Assembly: GCF_036971445.1 (NCBI RefSeq)
Contig: NC_091469.1
Coordinates: 157,976,001 to 158,040,000, forward strand
DNA: 64,000 nt
DNA from: Narcine bancroftii
Lineage: Eukaryota
Direction: 5' to 3'
Shown: in pieces, positions 59,100 to 64,000 of the stretch
How positions within the stretch are numbered: the stretch's first letter is position 1
How the letters are laid out: each line of letters opens with the position of its first letter
Notes under the pieces: model-generated
The model's input: only the letters and a program-made list of their open reading frames with translations
Databases searched by the model: none
Told to the model about the DNA's origin: nothing
Position numbers and translations under genes: made by a program

Positions 59100-59460
59100 T
59101 CAGCACACCTTAAACCTCCTTAACTCACTTCAATACTCACTCGAGAGAGGGGCCTTGATGACGTTGGCTGCCTTTGTGAGACAGCGCCTCACACTGATGC
59201 CTGCACTAGCTGAGATGTTGGAGGCTGTGATGAGCGTGGCTGGAGGTTTTTAACCTCTCCAGCCTTCTGTGTTCCTGTCCACTTGTATTGCCAAACCAGG
59301 CTCTGATGCAACCTGGCAGGGTACTTTCCACTGTCCACATGACAGAGAATCCGGTGCCATGCCTAATGTCCCCAGATTTATTGAAATGTTGGGGCATTGG
59401 TATGCTTTCTATGTGGTTGTCTTGAAGTGCTGGCTTCAGGAAAGGTCCTCTGAAATATGG
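59100..59460 (-). mobile_element. Rex1/L2-like LINE fragment
   Basis: VESTLPGCIRAWFGN, similar to 15855-16520. Confidence 0.55.
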
Positions 59461-59578
59461 AGAGGAGCAGGAGAGGGGAACCTCATCCCTCAGCAGGCCA
59501 GTCTGTTGCGGCGGTGGGGGGGGGGGGGGGTTGGAAGGTGGGCATGAGGGGGGGACCTGGAGTGGGTAATATAACCTC

Positions 59579-60579
59579 TGTTACGAGCCCAAAGGACCCC
59601 AAAACCCAGCAGCAATAGATGCTCACCAAGACAAATGGTTACTTAAACAAAAGTTGGTTTTAATTATCTTTAAACATGAAAATAGAAACAAACTCTAACT
59701 GATATATTATTATTAACTTACTTAACCTAACCCTACCCCCTTCTAATTCTAAGTGCACATGTGTGTAATGTGTGGTAAGTTTAGAAAAGTTCTTTGGTTC
59801 ACAGTCCCATCTCAATGGTTGCAGGCACAGAATTTAACATTGATAAAGTTCACCAGGATTTGGTGCTCGAAAGGCAAATGTTTACCACTCAGGAAGGTTT
59901 TTGTAAGTTTGCAGAGAGAGATATGTTGATCCAGAATTTCCACAACTGAGGTACCACCATTAGCCACCTCAATGTCTTGCGGACGAAACTTGTCCCTTCA
60001 GGGTTCTCCAGATGATAACCTCTTTCTTTCAGGTCACCACAGGGTTCCTTTTTGTTTCTTTTATTCCAAGTGAAACACCAGCCTGAACCACAAGCGTAGG
60101 CCTTCCTCCACACTCACGAGCTTCTGTTTCAGTTCCAACAAACTTCCTGTTTGACACTTAGTCAGAGACTGCTCTCTGTCTGTCTGTCTATCTCTCTGAG
60201 ACTCACTCCAAGACCACTTGCAAAACACCACCTGACCTTCTCCATCAAACAATAGGAGTCATTCTTCTGGTTCATCTGTTGTTTTTAGGTAAACGAGAAC
60301 CCATCAGTAACCTCTCTGAGCCTTCTTCAAAACTCTGCAGAAAGGTCTCTGCTGTGGCTTTAAAAAGGTAATAGTCCATCATTCCATAATGTTAGTTCAA
60401 GGAACACCTTCTTGTGAAGTCTCCACAGGCAGTCTTCACAGTTTCTGCAAAGTCACTGTCTGTGGACATGAAGTTTCCAGTATTTTCAAATAAGCTTTGT
60501 TTTAAAGTGTGTATGTATGTTACCTTCTCTAACTTTTCCCAATTAATTTCCCAAAAATATTTCGACATACTCTGTCATG
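59579..60579 (-). mobile_element. Solo LTR (~1 kb), inverted homolog of 18472-19483
   Basis: Starts TGTTACGAGCCC, the reverse complement of the end of the other copy. Confidence 0.72.
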
Positions 60580-60743
60580 GCTCTCATGGTACCAAGGGTT
60601 GCTGCAGGGTCAGGAGTTGTCAGACCAAGGTCAAGGCTACCCCTTCAAATGGCTGGACACTTTGAATGTCGGCATTGAAGGATGTTACATCAATAATGCC
60701 TTGGGTAGAGTGACTGAACAGTATCATCCTGAACTTTTGAAAG

Positions 60744-61306
60744 TGTGAGAAACAGAAGGACCTTCACAGAATTTGCTCGAGACAAAGATTGAGAACGAAG
60801 AACATTTATTATACAACAATGCAAAGTTGGGTGCTTTCCCCTTACCCTGGGAATACACACACACACTGGGGCTCACCCAACTTTTATACAGTTGATTTAA
60901 GTATAGAAGTACCCTCCCCCTTACATTCTTCTGCCTCCTGGATGAGTTTGGCATTAGGCAATCCTGTCTGCCTACGTGCTGTTTCTGTGAACTTGGAGGA
61001 CCAGGGGGTATCCTGTCGGTGTCCCATCATGTCATTGTCCTTATTCACACCTTCCCGACCCTCAGGTTCTTATATCCAGAACTTGCTAATTCTGTCTAAG
61101 GCTTACTAATTACATATGTGGAACTTGCTGACTCTCTCTAAGGCTAAGAAGACCCTTATCTTATTCATTCAGACTAACTTTACTTCCTACTTCCTACATT
61201 CTATTATCTTTTATCCTATTCATACTGGCTTTATTCATTACACATATAGCCATACTAGCTTTCTTCATCTCTCATATTTTTATATTAGTTTTACTCATCT
61301 CTCACA
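60744..61306 (-). mobile_element. Solo LTR (563 bp) of another family
   Basis: TGTGAGA...TCTCACA inverted termini, perfect 4-bp TSD AAAG, and TATAAAA then AATAAA on the minus strand. Confidence 0.82.
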
Positions 61307-61700
61307 AAAGGGAGATAACGTTTGACTGATCAATTTTAATCAGATTATAACTGCAGACGCTGGAACTTTGAATGGACTATGAGGAGCCCAGCTGGCCTGG
61401 CAGCTTCCATGACCAGTCAACGTTCAGGCTCAGGACTGTTCTGCAAGATTAAAGTATGGAGGGGAGCTAGAAAGTATAAAGAGGGAGGAAGGACTGGGGA
61501 AAAATTAAGATGTGATAGAATTCTGTACAAATGAAGGTGGAAACGGTGGAGACAAGTGTCCACTGAAGAGGTGCTGAGGGTTAAGCGCAGTAGAACGGGA
61601 GCAGTTAAAGAACAGATAGAAACAGTGGCTTGTGAACGTGACACGCGACGAAAAGGAAGCAGTGGATGTGGTGCATTGAAGTTCTCATAAGGATTTAGAT

Positions 61701-62069
61701 CAGTGGTTCTCAACCTTTTTCTTTCCACTCACAAACCACATTAAGTATTCCCTATGCCATCGGTGCTCTGTGATTAGTGAGGGATTGCTTAAGGCAGTAT
61801 GTGTGTGGGAAGAAAAAGTTTAAAAACCACTGTTTTAATCGTCCCTCATTGACTCGTCATGTGCATGGTTTCATAACTCTAAAGGAAATGGGCCAATGAC
61901 AATTTTTCTCAAGCAAAATATTTCAGTAACAATTGGGTCTAGAGCAGTGATTCTCAACCTTCCCTTCTCACTCACAAACCACCTTAAGCAATCCCTTACT
62001 AATCAGAGAGCATCAATGGCAGAGGGATTACTTAGAGTGATACATGAACGGGAAGGTTGAGAATCACTG
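61701..62069. mobile_element. Composite hAT MITE, inverted relative to 3793-4164
   Basis: Two ~130-bp TIR units around the same spacer; near-TSD ATTTAGAT/ATTTGAAT. Confidence 0.85.
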
Positions 62070-63719
62070 ATTTGAATTAAGGTCCCACACAAAGGCTGCT
62101 GAGCACGATGACAGCAGGTGGAATCAGGAGAAATGTATTAACAGGGATTGAGAATCTATTATTCAACAGGAAGCAGTAAGAAATGAATCGATCCCTCTTA
62201 GGGTGACATACAGTGACCAACAGGTCGATGGCCAATCTCCAGCCAATCACAATCTGCGTCAGCGAAGTGGGTGATTGGGGACAACCGTCCTCGTTCCCAG
62301 CTCATTGTTGAGACGAGTGGACAGGAGGATGTAAAGATGAATCATGGTGTTTGATGAGAGAGTGGATGGGAGCGATCCAGTGAAATGCGTAAGCTATCCA
62401 AAGAGGTGAATTCACGAAAAGAAAATTCATTGTTAAATGGTGAGTGATTTGGGTGTTTCGATTTTCAAGGAACCCCATATATACTTGGTTATGTCACTAA
62501 AGACAAACACACAGTCTTTTCTTAGTTCTTAGGCCATTTACCCCAGACAATTATGAAAAGATTTGATCGTATCTCAACTAAAGGTGTAATCGGTGTTGGG
62601 GTGTGCTGTGAAGATTCACTCACTGCTTCTCTGAGATCAAGGAGGGATGGAGAATACTAGGACGAGTGCATAAAAAAAGAAAGTGAATCTCAATGAAACA
62701 TTCAATATTTTTACAAGGCTCGAAAGAATGGACGGAAAGGTGAGAGGAAGGTTCCACCTGTTTAGAGTCCAGTACCTGGGGATAGATTAAGCGATTAGTT
62801 CTGAGATTGGGAGGAAATTCAAGATTCAATTTACTGTCATTGTAATATAAATGTCATATTATACAAAATTGCCTTTTGCCTGCTGTAAGGCAGACAGATT
62901 CGCCATTGGCAGAAATTGTCTGAAGCGCCTCTTACAGTCAGAGAGAGCGAAGCAAAAAAGAGCTCCCCCCACAACCCAGAGTCACCGAGTGTCCATGGAT
63001 TCACCGCCAGTGCTTCCACAGCCACACAGAGTCCAATCCCAAACATTGGCCGTCCGAGCTCCAGATCTGAACCTCTGGCACGATCAGGAACTCTTCAGCG
63101 CCTTCGGCACCCTCTTGAATCCCAGTTCTGAGACCTGGCCCCACTTCAGCCAGTTTCGAGCCAGTCTCTAGCAGCCTGCAACCCGCAGCCTGGCGCGAGT
63201 CCCCTAACAGCAGTCTCTCCAGCAGCCCCCAGCCTCCGTGGGTTCCCCACCTCGAGTCGCCAGCAGCCCCCTGCATGCGTACCATTCGGCTGCAGAGCCC
63301 CCTCACTGGCCCATCACCTTGGTCACCGTCCCATGGGTCGTCTCCTCTGCTTCTCCTTCTCTGATGGGATGGTCTCCTTGTTTTCCGGTGACCTGTGCGA
63401 CCGCGGGGTCAGCACCCAAGATGGCGGTGCCTCTGGCTTCCCTGGAATCTGCAACTCCTCATGTCTGCTGCCAATCAGAGGTGGGGCCATCTTGGGTGCA
63501 CACACCATCTTCCCCGCGGTCGTGGGATTTTAAATAAAACCACTGTTGGCTCCTTTAATGGGCTGTTCAAAGGCCATGCTGAGCTGACGGCAGTTCACTG
63601 GGCGGTTGGAACCCATGGGAGCACTGTATCCGCACTTCTGGTTCCCTGGACCAGCGGCAGCTCCCTGTTACAGTGGCTCTGGCCGCGCCGCCATTTCCTC
63701 TCCCCCCCCCTAAATTCTT

Positions 63720-64000
63720 TAGGCAATAGAGAAGCCTATTGTAATTCTTTGAAGAAACAGGCTAGATAAATGAGAAGTGGTGGATGTTGTGTATTTTCAG
63801 AAAGCCTTTGTAAAGGCTCTGCACAAGAGGCTACTTTAACAAGATAAGAGCCCACGGTAAAACAGGAAACGTATTAGCATAAGTGGAGCATTGGCTGATA
63901 GGCAGGAATCAGAGAGTCGGAATTCAGGGATCATATTCTGGTTGGCTGCTAGTTGCTTGTGTTCCACGGCGGTTGTTGGGGCCACTTCTGTTCATGCCGG
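63720..64000 (+). mobile_element. CR1 RT fragment running off the right edge
   Basis: Decayed VDVVY..FQKAF.K..H.RL and W...R.QRV motifs. Confidence 0.65.

Noticed and set aside
62820-63700. GC-rich region with multiple 60-124 aa ORFs as exons of gene B
   Set aside because: No Ig motifs or convincing splice-bounded frame; it looks like the 3' region of a LINE-related repeat.

Overview
Repeat-rich vertebrate genomic DNA, most likely from a cartilaginous fish (HE1/V-SINE-like SINEs plus abundant CR1, L1, RTE and Penelope elements; inferred, no database check). One host gene can be assembled on the + strand from five phase-compatible exons (19977-39991, about 336 aa). It is a Siglec-15-like type I receptor: signal peptide, two V-set Ig domains that both lack the sialic-acid-binding Arg, a TM helix with a central Lys, and a short tail. 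A paralogous signal-peptide exon at 52289 suggests a tandem cluster. Upstream lies a young, complete but defective class I (epsilon-like) provirus (6697-15390). It has 4-bp TSDs, near-identical LTRs, a tRNA-Trp PBS, a tandem-repeat leader and gag-TGA-pol readthrough. It also carries a 2H-phosphodiesterase (CNPase-like) domain between protease and RT, and there is an inverted solo LTR of the same family 1 kb to its left. Other elements: a gag-only ERV-L-like (MaLR-like) element with a tRNA-Ser PBS, a decayed Gypsy, an ORF1-only L1 derivative, composite hAT MITEs, several solo LTRs and many LINE fragments. There is a 146-N assembly gap at 29431-29576. Boundaries of decayed repeats are approximate.
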